DNA of 64,000 nucleotides from Lobosporangium transversale (Eukaryota): NCBI RefSeq assembly GCF_002105155.1, contig NW_019028989.1, positions 1 to 64,000 of the forward strand, read 5' to 3'. Shown piece by piece: positions 11,659 to 24,061 of this stretch (position 1 is its first letter; each line of letters starts with the position of its first letter). The notes under the pieces were generated by a model. It saw only the letters and a program-made list of their open reading frames with translations, ran no database searches and was not told where the DNA came from. The position numbers and the translations under genes were made by a program.

Positions 11659-12765
11659 CTGTGAAACGCAATAAAAGTCCTGCCATATGACCTTGATGAC
11701 CAAGTAAATGAGATGCAAGTAAAGCAATAAATGCAAGTAAACAGTAAAGCAACAGATGCAATTAACGGAGTCCCCTTAGATACTCAAGTTAGCCAAATAT
11801 GCGACACCTTAAACAAAAAATAAAAGTTATTTCCATACAAGTCATGTGGGTCATGTGAGGCAAAATATATATGGAAATTCACTCTAACCTGTCTCTAAGT
11901 CCATAATCGTATGGGAAAACCAGTTCTCATATATAAAAATCATTCAAATGAACCTCAACCCAAACTGAACTTTGGATAATGTCAAAAGACACTAATATAA
12001 AGCGATCTAGGGTAGTAATTGAAGTTTCTGAAGAAATTGAGTATCCGTAGTGACATAAAAACCGACTTTGGAAACCAAGTGTAGCTTGGTAGACACTTGT
12101 TTAAAAAAAATGTTTCGTTGAAATTAGTAAAAAAAGCAGAGCTCCATGATAAAACCTTCAAACTTCACCATATTTTCAGGTTAAAAGGACATGTTAATGC
12201 TGAATCCAACAGTGGTATTTTTACAGCGACTTAGTTTACAAAAATAACCATCCTTACTGTTTAAAGATGGATGAGAGACTATAAATTCCAGAAATTACTC
12301 TATTTAGAGAATTCAATGGCCATTTTCTTGACAACCGCATTGCTAGTTCCTTGTAGTGCATATACATGGCTTATAGATATAGCTTTTGGTACCAGAATCT
12401 ATATTTTGCAATGTGTATCGCCATTAATGACAGAGTAATATTACTTTTGAACGAAAGAAGATGTACGTAATCTTGATTATTTTCAATGTACAAGTTCTTT
12501 GAATAGAGGTATCTTACTGAAGACTTAACCGAATCTTACCAACTTTTTTTTAAATCGTACCAATGGATCTTACCTACAAAATATATGGTTTTCAGTTTTT
12601 GTAGATACTCTATATCAACAGAGAATGGATTTCTTTTTTCATCGTTCTGTATAAAAAAAAAAAAGAAATCCTGATTTCTGATTGGCTACTTCAATTGTGC
12701 TCTCTTTGATTGAATTGGGTTGAATAGTTTTTTGATCAAATATACACATGTAAATATTTTTTTTT

Positions 12766-14972
12766 TTATTGGCGCTGCCGTTTTTGGTTCCCAGATGTAT
12801 TTATCGTTCTTTGAAAAGAACAAAACCGTTCAACTATATCACTTAATTCCCTTGCTGCGTCGGAACTTCTCACAATGCTATCTGAATCATGGAGACTCTT
12901 TTTGAGTATCTCCGAAGATTCAGTAACCACATCAGCAATCCTCTCCGCCTCAGCAACCTCCTCTGCTTCAGCATCCTCTACCTCCAACAGAGTATCACTC
13001 ATGCTGGGGTTAACATCCCCTTCCAGGCCATCTTGAAAACTCTGGATCATAGCATGTCTATCAGGGGCCCTCTCAAGGACATCATGTATGATGTGGAATG
13101 GTGGGTCTGGGTTATCCTTATGAACTTGATGCAAAAGATACATATGTCTGCAGGGGCGCTGAGAATACATAAAGTACTGACAGTTACATCTTGAGATAGT
13201 TTCATTCGTGCCAAGCACGAAATAATATCCGCCAGATACGGAGAACGAGCGCACACAGTAAACGGTTCGGTCTACCACTTGCTGCTCGTGAACAATGCGC
13301 TGTGGAAGGTCTTCTAGACCATCTAGAAATTTTCTTTGGTGAAAGTCATCTCTCTCGCCTTTTAAATGTCACCCATAGGGTCGCACAGTCTGCATTGGCA
13401 TCATTTGGTAAAACTCATCCACATCATGAGTTAAGATATAAACCAATCTATCTCCCCTGCAGTTTGTATAACCTCGTAAGAAGTGCGACTTAAGGTGGTT
13501 ATGCCAGGACTCGACGTAATTGTTAGTATCCATCCCGGCATAAAACTTTCCCATACGATAACATTTCATCCACCTTCTCCTTCGGTCTTTACTGAAGTAG
13601 CGTTCTCTAAAATAATTCCAGACTTTACCCTCATTATGATCCTGCCATTTCAACTCGAATTCTGAAATAAGAGTCTCAGCTTGCGTATGGTTTGGATTAA
13701 ACAAAATTCTACGGAGCTCTCCCATCGCTTCCTCCCTCAACTCCTTAGCAGCCTTGTCTTGCGTTGCACGGATATCATTTCGAAGCTTGGTGCTCCAAGC
13801 TTTCATAACATGCCATAGACATAAATGAACTGTGACTGAGTCTCCAAACGCCAATCGGATTGCTTTGTATTCTGCTCGAGCATCATCAGTGGTGATGTAT
13901 TCAGGAGAGCCAATGGTTTCTCTGATATGTTTCAAGCATTTTGCCAACGGTACATGGCTATGATCGTTCGTAAGCAAGAAGGCAACTGGGATAGCACTCA
14001 GACTTTGTGGGTTCCGCACAATTATGGTGTAAAGCTCGTGTTTAGAGCGATTTGTTCCATGCGTTGAATATAGCCCAATGTGTTTAAAATTGGATCCATA
14101 AACTGATTTCTGGAACGGCGACATAAACCCATATGCAAACCTTGCATGATTCACCCCGTCTATTACGATGTGGTAGTCGAGCATGAATACAGTGAAGCCC
14201 TTGTCCTTTAGTTTGTCCATCCAGAGCCTCTTCGAGACTAAGTCATTCTTTTCAAGCTGACTCTGCCCACTTGAATATTTATAATAAATATTGTACACAT
14301 CTTCATACTTCAGGACATGGTCACGCTGCAAAGACCCTCTTTGGTGTCGCGAGAATGCCTGGCTGCCAGACAGGTTTATCCTTGTCAGAATCTTTCTTGT
14401 ACAGAGACCTAAACGGACAAGGTTCGAATTCGCGATTTTGTTTCTTCTGTCACTCTGAGATGTTGAAAGTTCTCGAGACTAGCAAGAGTATGCCCAGTGT
14501 GCTTGTAGTAATATATCACACGCAGCTGGTTCCTTTCACCTCTACTTGCGAACTCTTCTATATTGGGTTTTACATCATGAACAATTAGCCTGGCTTTACA
14601 GCCTACTTTCTTGGTCGGTTTATAAACATTGCGAGTTTCCTTGGCTGGCCTCTCAAGTAGTTGATCTTGGTCAGCAATATTTTTTTTGCGTGGGGCGCCT
14701 GCACAGTGGCAGAAATAAAGTTGAAATGAACGCAGTTTGCCTTTGCTATCATTATCGTTGGTGATTTCAGAGTCTTCATTGTCTTCATTTCTACCATTTA
14801 TCTCAGAGTTGCCTTTATTCCAAATAAAAAAGTAATCGCTGCCATCTCGGTCCTTCCACAGTTCAAAGTCTCTTTTGTCCACATAGAATACGCGCGGCAA
14901 ATAATCGTAATCCTGTTTCTTAATCCTGAGGCCATCAACAATATCCCTAATCTTAGTCTCTGGGACCATCAA
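12766..14972 (-). mobile_element. Mutator-like (MULE) transposase pseudogene: WRKY/GCM1-FAR1-type DNA-binding domain, DDE domain, SWIM finger
   Basis: N-terminal YFCHCAG...TKKVGCKARL...YKHTGH. Catalytic core GL[Y]STHGTN, PVAFLLT, TTDDARAE, LCLWH, TNNYVESWH. SWIM motif CNCQYF..RPCRH. Frameshifts near 14421 and ~13370. The first catalytic Asp is replaced by Tyr. TIRs were not identified. Confidence 0.92.
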
Positions 14973-15810
14973 CTCAATTCAAGAGTATTCTTGTAGCTGC
15001 GTAGACACAATTGTGGAAGCCAGACTGATTGCATGAACCTCCTTATCTTGACTCAACCTCGATATATGTAGTACCAATATCTTCCTGTTATTCTCCTAGA
15101 TTCTGATCGGCCATAGTCAACATGGTGAGTCGATTGTATACTGCCTATGAAGAGAGAGCAAGAAAGAGATAAAGACTCAGACAGCCTCGGCTTGAGTGCA
15201 GCAGAAAATCCTCCCATATGATCCATTTTCATATATGATGGAGTGAAGCTTGCTATTTAATAAATTCATTTTGACCAGAGGTTGATTAGAGGCAAATTTA
15301 TTGATCTCTCTGATCTTCATTAATGAAAATGTATTTCACGAGCCTGAACACCTTTTATTCTCAGAGCAAGAGTGTAGAGTCTATAAAAAAAAAAGTATTT
15401 AAGAGGCCAGTGATTCCGATTCCTTGTTATCATGCAAGCAGTTAAAGATGTCAATACGGGGCCAAGGTCGATTATTAGACTGTCTGATTTAATACGGTAA
15501 CGCATGGAGAGGCAGTTAGAGCCATATGTTAAAAACAACTCTTTCTCTTACAGCTTCGCTGACTCCTTCTCATCTTTCTTCGCCTTTCATATTTCAGCCT
15601 TCGCCCTTTACCAAGGTATAGATTTGTCTTCTGTATCCAGACCAACAGTGTACAAGGGAGAAAGCATTCACTATTTTACATGGGGAATATGTGGGCCTTA
15701 TCAAACAATCGCCAGATTCAGCTGTTGTGGATTGGATGCACAGGCGTGGAGTATAAAGATAAATGGGTAGGATAAAGAAGTGCTATTTTTTATTATTTTT
15801 ACTTGAGGAA

Positions 15811-15910
15811 GCGAGTGCCTCGTTGCCCTAATAAACATAAACTAGAAACGAAAAGGAGATTGCGAGCGCCTCGTTGCTCCAGTAGACATAAGCTTGAAGT
15901 GAAAGGAGAT
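15811..15910. repeat. Short tandem duplication (~51-bp period)
   Basis: GCGAG(T/C)GCCTCGTTGC...ACATAA...AAAGGAGATT occurs twice. Confidence 0.65.
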
Positions 15911-17108
15911 TAATTGGAAAAGATCAATGGAGAGAGCGAGATTTATACGATTAATGAATGAATTAGGTGAAAGTAAGGATTAATTAGTGGGCAGAGATGA
16001 AAGAACAAGCGACAAGCAAATGCTTGTCACACAACAAGTAAACCTTCCTGTTGCAACAAGATTGGGCTTTATTTGAGACCGGTTCGTCGGGGAAAACAAA
16101 AATGTCGTGTTTCTTTCGACAAGCATGAGGCTCTGGTGTCAAGTACATGTCCTCGGCATGTAACTCGGCAACATTGCAACTATGACAAGACATTACACAA
16201 AAATCACGGGGCCTTGAATAAATGCGTTTTATGCCCGTCCAAAAACGATCAGACCTCAATGATAGGTTCCTTCAAACGTCGTCCATGGCCCCCATGATAT
16301 AACCAGGCTTCAATGATGGGTTTCTTCAACCATTGGCACACATGCATGATTAAATTGATTGGACACTTAAAGATGTAGATAGTTCTGTGCCATGAGTGTT
16401 AAGAAACATGGCTATTAAGAAATTGAGACATGGTCTGTGCCATGAGGAATGCTTGAATTTCATACGCGTTCCTTTTTTTTTTTTTTTTTTTGGTAGTAGC
16501 ATTGATGATAAATGATAAAATTGGTGGGCTTCTTCTAAATTATTCAAGAGCCCGATCCGTCTATGCTTTCAAAAGAATAAAAAAAAGAAAGAAAGAAACA
16601 CAAGCCGGTGGCGCAAAGGTCAACGTCTTTGTACTTCTTTGGGCTTAATCACTTAATTTATCCCTTGAACCGTAAAGCGGGGAGTATTTGCCCAATTAAC
16701 TTTCATCAACTCATGGACAAATCGAATCTAGTTCTCCGTGCTTCCCGCCAACAGAAAACAACTGTCTATTGCGTGCCAAGGAAGAAAAAAATTAGTAAAA
16801 ATCAATCGGCTAAAAAATCAGCATATATCAAGCAGTATAATCACAATGTATCATGTCTACCATTCATTTGACTTCACTTCTTTGCACAGTAGTATAAATG
16901 GGTGAATTTCTACATGATTTTCCACAAAAAATATCAATAAAAAAAAATAAAAAAAAAATAAAAAAAAAAGAATCTGGGAGACGCCAGCTAATAACCGGTG
17001 TTTGTCCCCAGCCTGAGAGGTTTTTTATAAGAGCTAGCAAAGTTTATTCCATTATTTTTGTTGCGATCACTGCTTTTTTTTTTTTTTTTTTTTTTTTTTA
17101 TACAATAT

Positions 17109-17801
17109 CTAAATCTTGGGTGAATTCAAAAGCTCTGTCGCACCCTGGACATTGATGATCGGAAGCTCCTCGCTTAGTTTCTGTGCATTTTGAATCAAGA
17201 AAGGGGCCAATAGCTCGAGCTCGCCGATCTCAAATTTGGCTGACTGTTTCGGGATGTACACCACACCATGACCCTGGTTGTCTTCAAAGATGTCCAAAGT
17301 CACTTGAGCATGTTGGATGTAGACCTTGTCGGTGTTGTTGCGCAGAATAAGGAGCGACAAGATCCACTGCCCATTCTTTACGGCTGGGTCTGGGATATAA
17401 CCCGGGACAAGATCGCGAAGGCTGCGGGCAATTAGCGGTGCGTCGGTCCATCCCTCACCGCTCTGGAGGAACTCGCGAATGGCCTGCTCAAACTGGAAGA
17501 GGGAACCATCAAGAGGCAAGGCTTTTGTTTCCTTAAAGTTGGTCTCCTGAAAGGCAGAGTAGGCGATAGCATCCTTAATGAATTCATCGTAGGCAGGAAT
17601 GATGAGGGAACTTTGATGCTGCTGGTGGCGGCGCGGAGAAAAGCCAGTTTTCTTGGCAAAGTGGGCCAAGATCGAAGAGAGCGCGGTGATATGGTTGGTT
17701 GGATTCTTGAACACATCTACTGGCTGAGCATGGGAGTCAGAATTGTCATCTCCAATAAAGATGGCGCCAGATATAAGGGTAGAGGTGGTGTTATTGGTCA
17801 T
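17109..17801 (-). CDS. Intronless ~230-aa hypothetical alpha/beta protein, no signal peptide
   Basis: Clean ORF with gene-like codon usage from ATG 17801 (MTNNTTSTLISGAIF...) to the stop at 17109, with a TATA box upstream. Confidence 0.8.
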   Translation of the reverse strand: MTNNTTSTLISGAIFIGDDNSDSHAQPVDVFKNPTNHITALSSILAHFAKKTGFSPRRHQQHQSSLIIPAYDEFIKDAIAYSAFQETNFKETKALPLDGSLFQFEQAIREFLQSGEGWTDAPLIARSLRDLVPGYIPDPAVKNGQWILSLLILRNNTDKVYIQHAQVTLDIFEDNQGHGVVYIPKQSAKFEIGELELLAPFLIQNAQKLSEELPIINVQGATELLNSPKI

Positions 17802-18011
17802 CTTGTTCGTAGCTATTGTATAGTTCGTTCGGACGAGAATAGTCGCGTTAATTGTGTTGATCTGAGGCAAGGATGATCTGATTAGTTTACTTGTTCTATT
17901 TTGCAAAGATATATAAATTACCTGGGTAAAAACGTGAAAAGATTTTTGATGAGGGGAAGGGGCTAAAAGGAGGCGTTTGGATGTGTAGAGCAAATGAAAG
18001 AAATGCCAGGG

Positions 18012-18019
18012 TTTATATA
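18012..18019 (-). promoter_or_regulatory. TATA box of the 17109-17801 gene
   Basis: TATATAAA on the minus strand ~210 nt upstream of the ATG. Confidence 0.5.
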
Positions 18020-18782
18020 TGCAGGAATCTTCTGAGGGCGAATGCTGTGTTACCAGGTAAAAGCACGCGTAATGGATTCTTTAAAGACATTAATAAGCGA
18101 AGACATTAGTAAGCGAAGAGTATCAATAGCGCAATTAACACAGGAGAAGGTACACAAGTCGAACCAAGCTACAATGGACAGCAGAATTGATTGCGAAATG
18201 CACAATTTTTGGTATACTCCCTCGTCTTTTCATTGAGGCTGTTGAATGAGATTTTTTTCTTGAGTTGTGTCCTTAAAGAATGAGGACGCTTAAAGATTAC
18301 TAAAAAAAAAGTCACTGAAACTTAGTTTGTAATATGGTTGCTGGGATGGTTCGAAGAATTATTCCAAGGAAAAGCCCAATTCGTAATCTTATCGTGTTTA
18401 TCTAGAGATCGATTGCTTCTTCGAGACCATTCCTAGATGCTATCTTGACCGCTATAGTCGCGTACAAGCTTTTCCATTAACAGCAACTAAAACATCCTTG
18501 TTCATCACTAGGAAATACTTGACCACTTGCAAATACCCTTTTTTCAGTGTCCAATTTGCGTGATCTGATAAGTAGAGAGCGGGCGTAAACTATTAAAGTA
18601 GTATGTTTTCTGAATGAAGATAAGCTCCATCCATTTGCAAAATGCATGTCTAAAGTGACTTGAGTTTGCTGTCTTTTTACTTTCCCTTCCTTTTTTTACT
18701 ACATGTGGAAATAAATTATGCAAAGAACTATAGTTTGTTCCTAATCTAAGTAATAATAATAATAATAATAGCAATAGCGTTT

Positions 18783-21610
18783 TTACGAGCGATGCACGTT
18801 TTCAAGGAGCACAGGCTCGCCTCTAGCAGGCAGTGGAGGTGGTGGGACAGGCCGATGCTGTTGCTGCTGTTGCTGTTGTTGCTGTTCTTGTTGATTGCTA
18901 CGTATGGGTGGAGGTGGAGGAACAGCTAAAGAACGGACAGCTTGATCTTGATTGTTGTCATTTGTATTACTAGTGTTAGCGTTACTATTATTATTCCTGT
19001 TCACGGTTGGTTTCATCGGGTGTGCAGTTGAATAGTCGTTGGCCTTCTTTTCTTTCTTTGCATTTGCCCAGGCACGAATCTGGTCTCGTTTGCGGTAGCA
19101 AACGAAGGCTCCAATTGCAATTACAACAAAGATACATGCAACGATGATCAAAATAATTTGCCAGACCTCCATTCCATTCAAGATTGGAGGAAGGTCTGGT
19201 CTACCTGCAGGAATGACCACATATGGCGGTGCAACTTCCGATGTCATGACTTGATATGCCATCAAGCCATTGAAAGGTGCATTATAATCCAAAGCAACCT
19301 GCCACGATAAGGAGAAGAAGACAAAGAGGAGAAAAAAGGAAAAAAAAAAAAATCAACAGTTAGAGCCAGTCTATCCTCACTTAGCCCTTCCTTGGGAGCA
19401 CATAAAACGCTTGCCAAAAAAAAAAAAAAAAAAAAAAAAAAATTGCACGCACCTCGCTTTGCTGCCAGTCACTACGAATATCCGAAAAGCGATCGTTCTT
19501 GTCAGGACCACCAACGAGCGCTCCATAGATGGTATACATCATCTTTTCGGGACTGGAATCAATATTGTCTACATCTGTGCCTCCAGACGCGGGTGCGGAG
19601 TGGGGGTTAGCAGGGGAATTTGGGTGGACACCCACAACGTATGGGGTCTTTAAAGGGTTATCGCCCAACAGATATTCAACTTGTCCAAGTGCAAAGGATC
19701 GGTAGCTATCGATTCTCTCCTGAACGCTTGGATCAATACTCTGGCCTCCCGCAGCAGCAGTCAGCTGACTCGCAAAAATTTGTAGTATAAAGGCTGCATT
19801 TGCTGCCACCACTGCCGAATCGTCTCCAGAATCGCCTGTACAATAATACAATCCACCTTTGGTCATTAAACATGGCTTGCTCGCCTTCGTTGTAAAGGAG
19901 GCATATTTTTCAGCCATTTGTTGCCATTTTGCACTATTGTCGCCTGTGCCTGCAGTTGCTCCAGCCATCAGAACGTAAACAAATCCTGCTTTGTCATCCC
20001 AACTCACGGCTGATATCTTGATATTAGATATATTGAGCCGATCAATATATTGACTAGCCTTTTGAGCATACACAGACTGTCTGGTCAACTTGTACATCCA
20101 AGCAGCACCCCAAGCCAAGTCATCCAGGAACGAGCTTGATTTATAACAGCATGCAACAGCTGGAACTGCTGCTTGATATAGTTGCTGTGGTGTGGCTGTT
20201 TCCGCAAGTCGGAAGAGTGAATCCGCATGGGTCTGTAATGTGTTGGAGTAGGCTGTGTCATTGAATTTATCCCTATACAACATAGCGCAAGATGCAAATG
20301 CTGCTGCTGCATCTGCTGTCACATCGGTTCCTGGATGGGTATTGTTGACTTGGAATGATGGGCGTGGACGAGGAATGTTGGTGTCTGGTCCCCAATAGTT
20401 GTTATCAATTTGATCCAAACCAATCTAATATATACCATAAATTCAACAACCAAAGAAAACAGGAAAAAAAGAGAAAAAAGGAATTCAGTACATCAAAGAA
20501 GATCAGATAACATAAAATTCCCTCGCATAATAAAAGAGAAGTCATTTAGCAATGGGGCAGTTTATATTACCTGTACAAAGAGCGTGTTGTTATTGGGATG
20601 CGCTTTAATTAACCAATCCATGCCCCAGCGTACCATTTGATCAAGATAACGCGTTTGATTAGCCAATTCGTAGCCTTTCCAAAATTCTAGCGCTCCCCAG
20701 CAGGTCTCTGTCATGGCGAAGGTAAGAGGAAATGTAAACTTGAGATAGTCTCCAGCATCAAAGTAACCCTAGATATGAGAGAGAATAATTGGCTTATTGG
20801 TGTTATTCCTCCCTTGCAATAAGTCTTTGAAAGGATATTATTGACATTGACAAGCTTTTTTACCCCTGACAAGTCCAGGCCAACATCTTTGCCATCGTCC
20901 AGAACAGAATCCTTGCGCTATTTTTTTTTTTTTTTTTTTACATAGGAAATGTTAGTAAAATTTTTTAAAAAAAAGGGGGGCGAGGGTAGTATTGAGTACT
21001 AGGTTTCATACCCATGTTACGCGTTGATCTGGAGGTAATTTGCCCGATCTCTGGGCTTCGTAGAACCGCAAGGAATAATCGAGCAATCTAATGCGTTAGA
21101 ATGTGGACAAAGCCAAACGATTTCAGTTTTACATTTTCACAAGGTTGTACAGTGATTGTACAGTCAAAAAAAAATTGTGTCTCTAGTCTCCCTCTCTTCC
21201 GGTGCTTTGGTTTGTCCGACAATAGCGTGCAATTAAATCCATGATAATGGCTTATACATTTATTCCACTCCTCCACTTTCCCCTTTTTTCGTGTGTCTGT
21301 GGTTGTGGTGTTAGAACACGGACAAAGAATATTACGAAAGGACGGAATGTTCCATTGGCTAACGAAAATTGGCTGTTTCTTACTTGACATATTCAGAGTC
21401 TGGAAAAGATGGACTTGTCCGATTGTCTCTGGGTGTATCAGGATAGACTGGGTTATGAGGCAATGGTTGTGAGGAAGGGACTTGTGTGGGTACTACAGCG
21501 GCAGTTGATGTTGTACTAGGAGTTGAAGAAGGAACCTGTGCGAGTACACCTGCTGCCAAAAAGACAACTAATCCTCCAATAGCCCATGACGATGACCTTG
21601 ATGACTTCAT
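18783..21610 (-). CDS. Glycoside hydrolase family 9 endoglucanase with signal peptide, C-terminal TM helix and Pro-rich tail
   Basis: Six exons, approximately 21610-21384, 21087-21013, 20917-20863, 20769-20571, 20425-19452 and 19299-18783. Motifs: SLRFYEAQRSGKLP, DLSGGYFDAGDYLKF, WGMDWLIKAHP, HPGTDVTADAAAAFA, DDLAWGAAW, GALVGGPD, SEVALDYNA. Confidence 0.93.
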
Positions 21611-24061
21611 GCAAAATAAAATAAATGCAATGCAAATGACAGATGACGAATGAGAAAGGAGGTTTTTTGCGATCAGGACACACAAGCAGTGCTATTGCTC
21701 TCCCTTTTTGTAGAGAATTCAGGTAGGTCTAGTGATATCAATGCTGAAAGAAAGAGAATTGAGGAATTGAGAGAGCAATTAAGAAAGGGCAGAAAGAGTA
21801 ATAGGATGTGAGGATGTGAGAGCGAGTCAAGTCAGATATTTGTTAAAAGAGGCAGAGTGAGCAAACAAAACGATAAAAAGTAAAAAACATCGGTTATTGA
21901 GGCGAAAGGATGGAGTAAACTAAAAAGTTACTTCTGAACATCCATCCTTGGATAGAATAATGAGGATGTAAACTAAAGAGCTGCTGAGAAAGAGAAAGAG
22001 AAGGAGAAATGACGAACAAAATAGCAGCGATTATTTATTTTTGCAAACACTTTAAAGCCAAGCGAAAAGGCAGCTGTAATGATAAGATAATAAAGAATGA
22101 ATCATGAAGAGGCAATTGACAAGAAAACATTAATTGACAATCCACTTCCCTTGTTCTCTGCAAAATATGCAAAGAAAGATGTCTAATGCCAGAAATAACT
22201 ATTTTGTAAATTTTGTCACACCCACATTTTTTTAAAAAAAAACTCCTCCATCCCATCTAACCTTCGTACTCGTTCAAGTTGTCGGAACAAACTATCATCC
22301 ATTCGCTTAGTCGCTTCGTTTCCTTACTCGAAAAAACAATTATCCGCAGAAGAACATTTTTCATTATTTCAATAAACTAAACTTTGTTTCTGATACAGGG
22401 TCCGTCAGATATTTTATTTCAACGATGTGAAATAGTTGCTCCGTCAGTTGTTAACCGTACAAAGCCCATTGAATAAAATATTTTGCCTAATTGATTACAA
22501 GGCAGCAAGATGGGATGGAATGAAAGCTTTTTAATTTAGCCACTGGATGGGAGAGTAATGATATGTCCCTCTGAGAATACGCAGATCATTTCTTCCGCTT
22601 ATTCATATTAGCGCGCTAATTTTTGTATGGTAAACATGTTTCAGGCACATGGGCTTTTGTATTCCAAATTTGTAAAAAACGATGTCATCAGCTCATAAGA
22701 AAAAATACACCTCCGAGCGTAGCCAAATAGCTCCGTCCCCATAACGCTTTATTCTTGCAAAATGTTGGAAAGCAAACATTCGGACATGTCATCAGAATCT
22801 TCAATGCTGATATCGCATCTCTAAAGAAAAACAAATCTGCTACTCACCTCAGATACTATCATATCAAAAGAATGAGAGGGGGAGATGTTCTTCTCTTCGA
22901 TGAGTAGAGGAGATGCTAAAACATATATTTATAAAAGGGAGATGTGTACATCCAGCCAGCTTCATTTCTTTTAACAATAATAAAAAAAAAAGTGGAAAAG
23001 AAGTTAGGATATTTTGCCAGGAAAGAGAGGATAGATGTTTATAGAGTTGGCACGTTGTGATAGACCTCCGTAATCTGACTATGCTACACAGTGTCTGGGA
23101 TGTAAAATGGAGAGAAAAAAAAGGGGTGTTGGTCCATGCGACGTTGGAACATGAACAAGAATGTAGAATATTTAAGGATAACGTGACATGAATGGAGTTT
23201 ATGTGAAGGTACAGGTCTAGTCTACATGGCTAATTATATGTCTAGAGCCGTTGCAGGCACAAATGCAAAGTCGACCACATGCTGCACAAAGTCGTTTTCT
23301 TACTTCTAATCCACACTAAAATAAGGTTATTTGCCATCAATTTAAGATTGTGTGCCTGTGTGTCACATAATTTAAACGATTGGCCCACAATTCTCTTCTG
23401 GGCTGTTGATGCCAACTCTCCCCATGTCCCCTACAGAGCATGTCCAAAGTGCGACTTGCTCTCAATCACCAGCATATTAACTGGTATCCATCGCTTATGT
23501 CGAATGTTAATGTCAATCCCCTTCCAAGCCTGCTGAAAATAAAAGAGCAGGCAAGGATGAAGTTGATGCAGTAGGTGCTTACAGCCTGTGCAGAGAAGAA
23601 CAGAGTACTCGACTCTTAGTAAACTCTTCTTTCTCTCCTCTAACCCCTCAAACCACGGGTTCTTTTTTTTTTTTTTTTTTTTTTTTTTGTTTGTTTGCTC
23701 ATTCACACACTCATTGCATTCACCTTCTAGGTTGAAAGCAATTCCATCCTTTCATTTCACTTTCTTCACCTTTCCGTTCCCTTTCACGGCCATACTCCCT
23801 CCTGGGTATAATGCCATCCTCTTGAATCAGTTCTAGTTCCTCACATCCTCAACTATAGCTTTTCATATTACTTTCAAAGTCATCCATTTTTACTCATCCT
23901 ACAGGAATATTGCCCACAACGTTCTCCTCATATCCAACACCTTGAATAACCACAACTTCGACAAAATAAACTATCAACCCTCGCTGTATTCTTCTCTTTT
24001 TTATTCTTCCTATCTCAATTTCGCCTTTTCTTTCTTTCTTTTTTTCTTTTTAAACCAAGTC

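Noticed and set aside
4568..11778. TAAGGGGGTCCGTT (4568) and AACGGAGTCCCCTTA (11764) as TIRs of a large element
   Set aside because: Only ~14 bp with a mismatch and an indel, no extension and no matching TSD; could be chance.
15984..16259. Cys/His-rich 91-aa ORF as a zinc-binding protein
   Set aside because: Non-ATG start, no recognisable motif spacing and no supporting exon structure.
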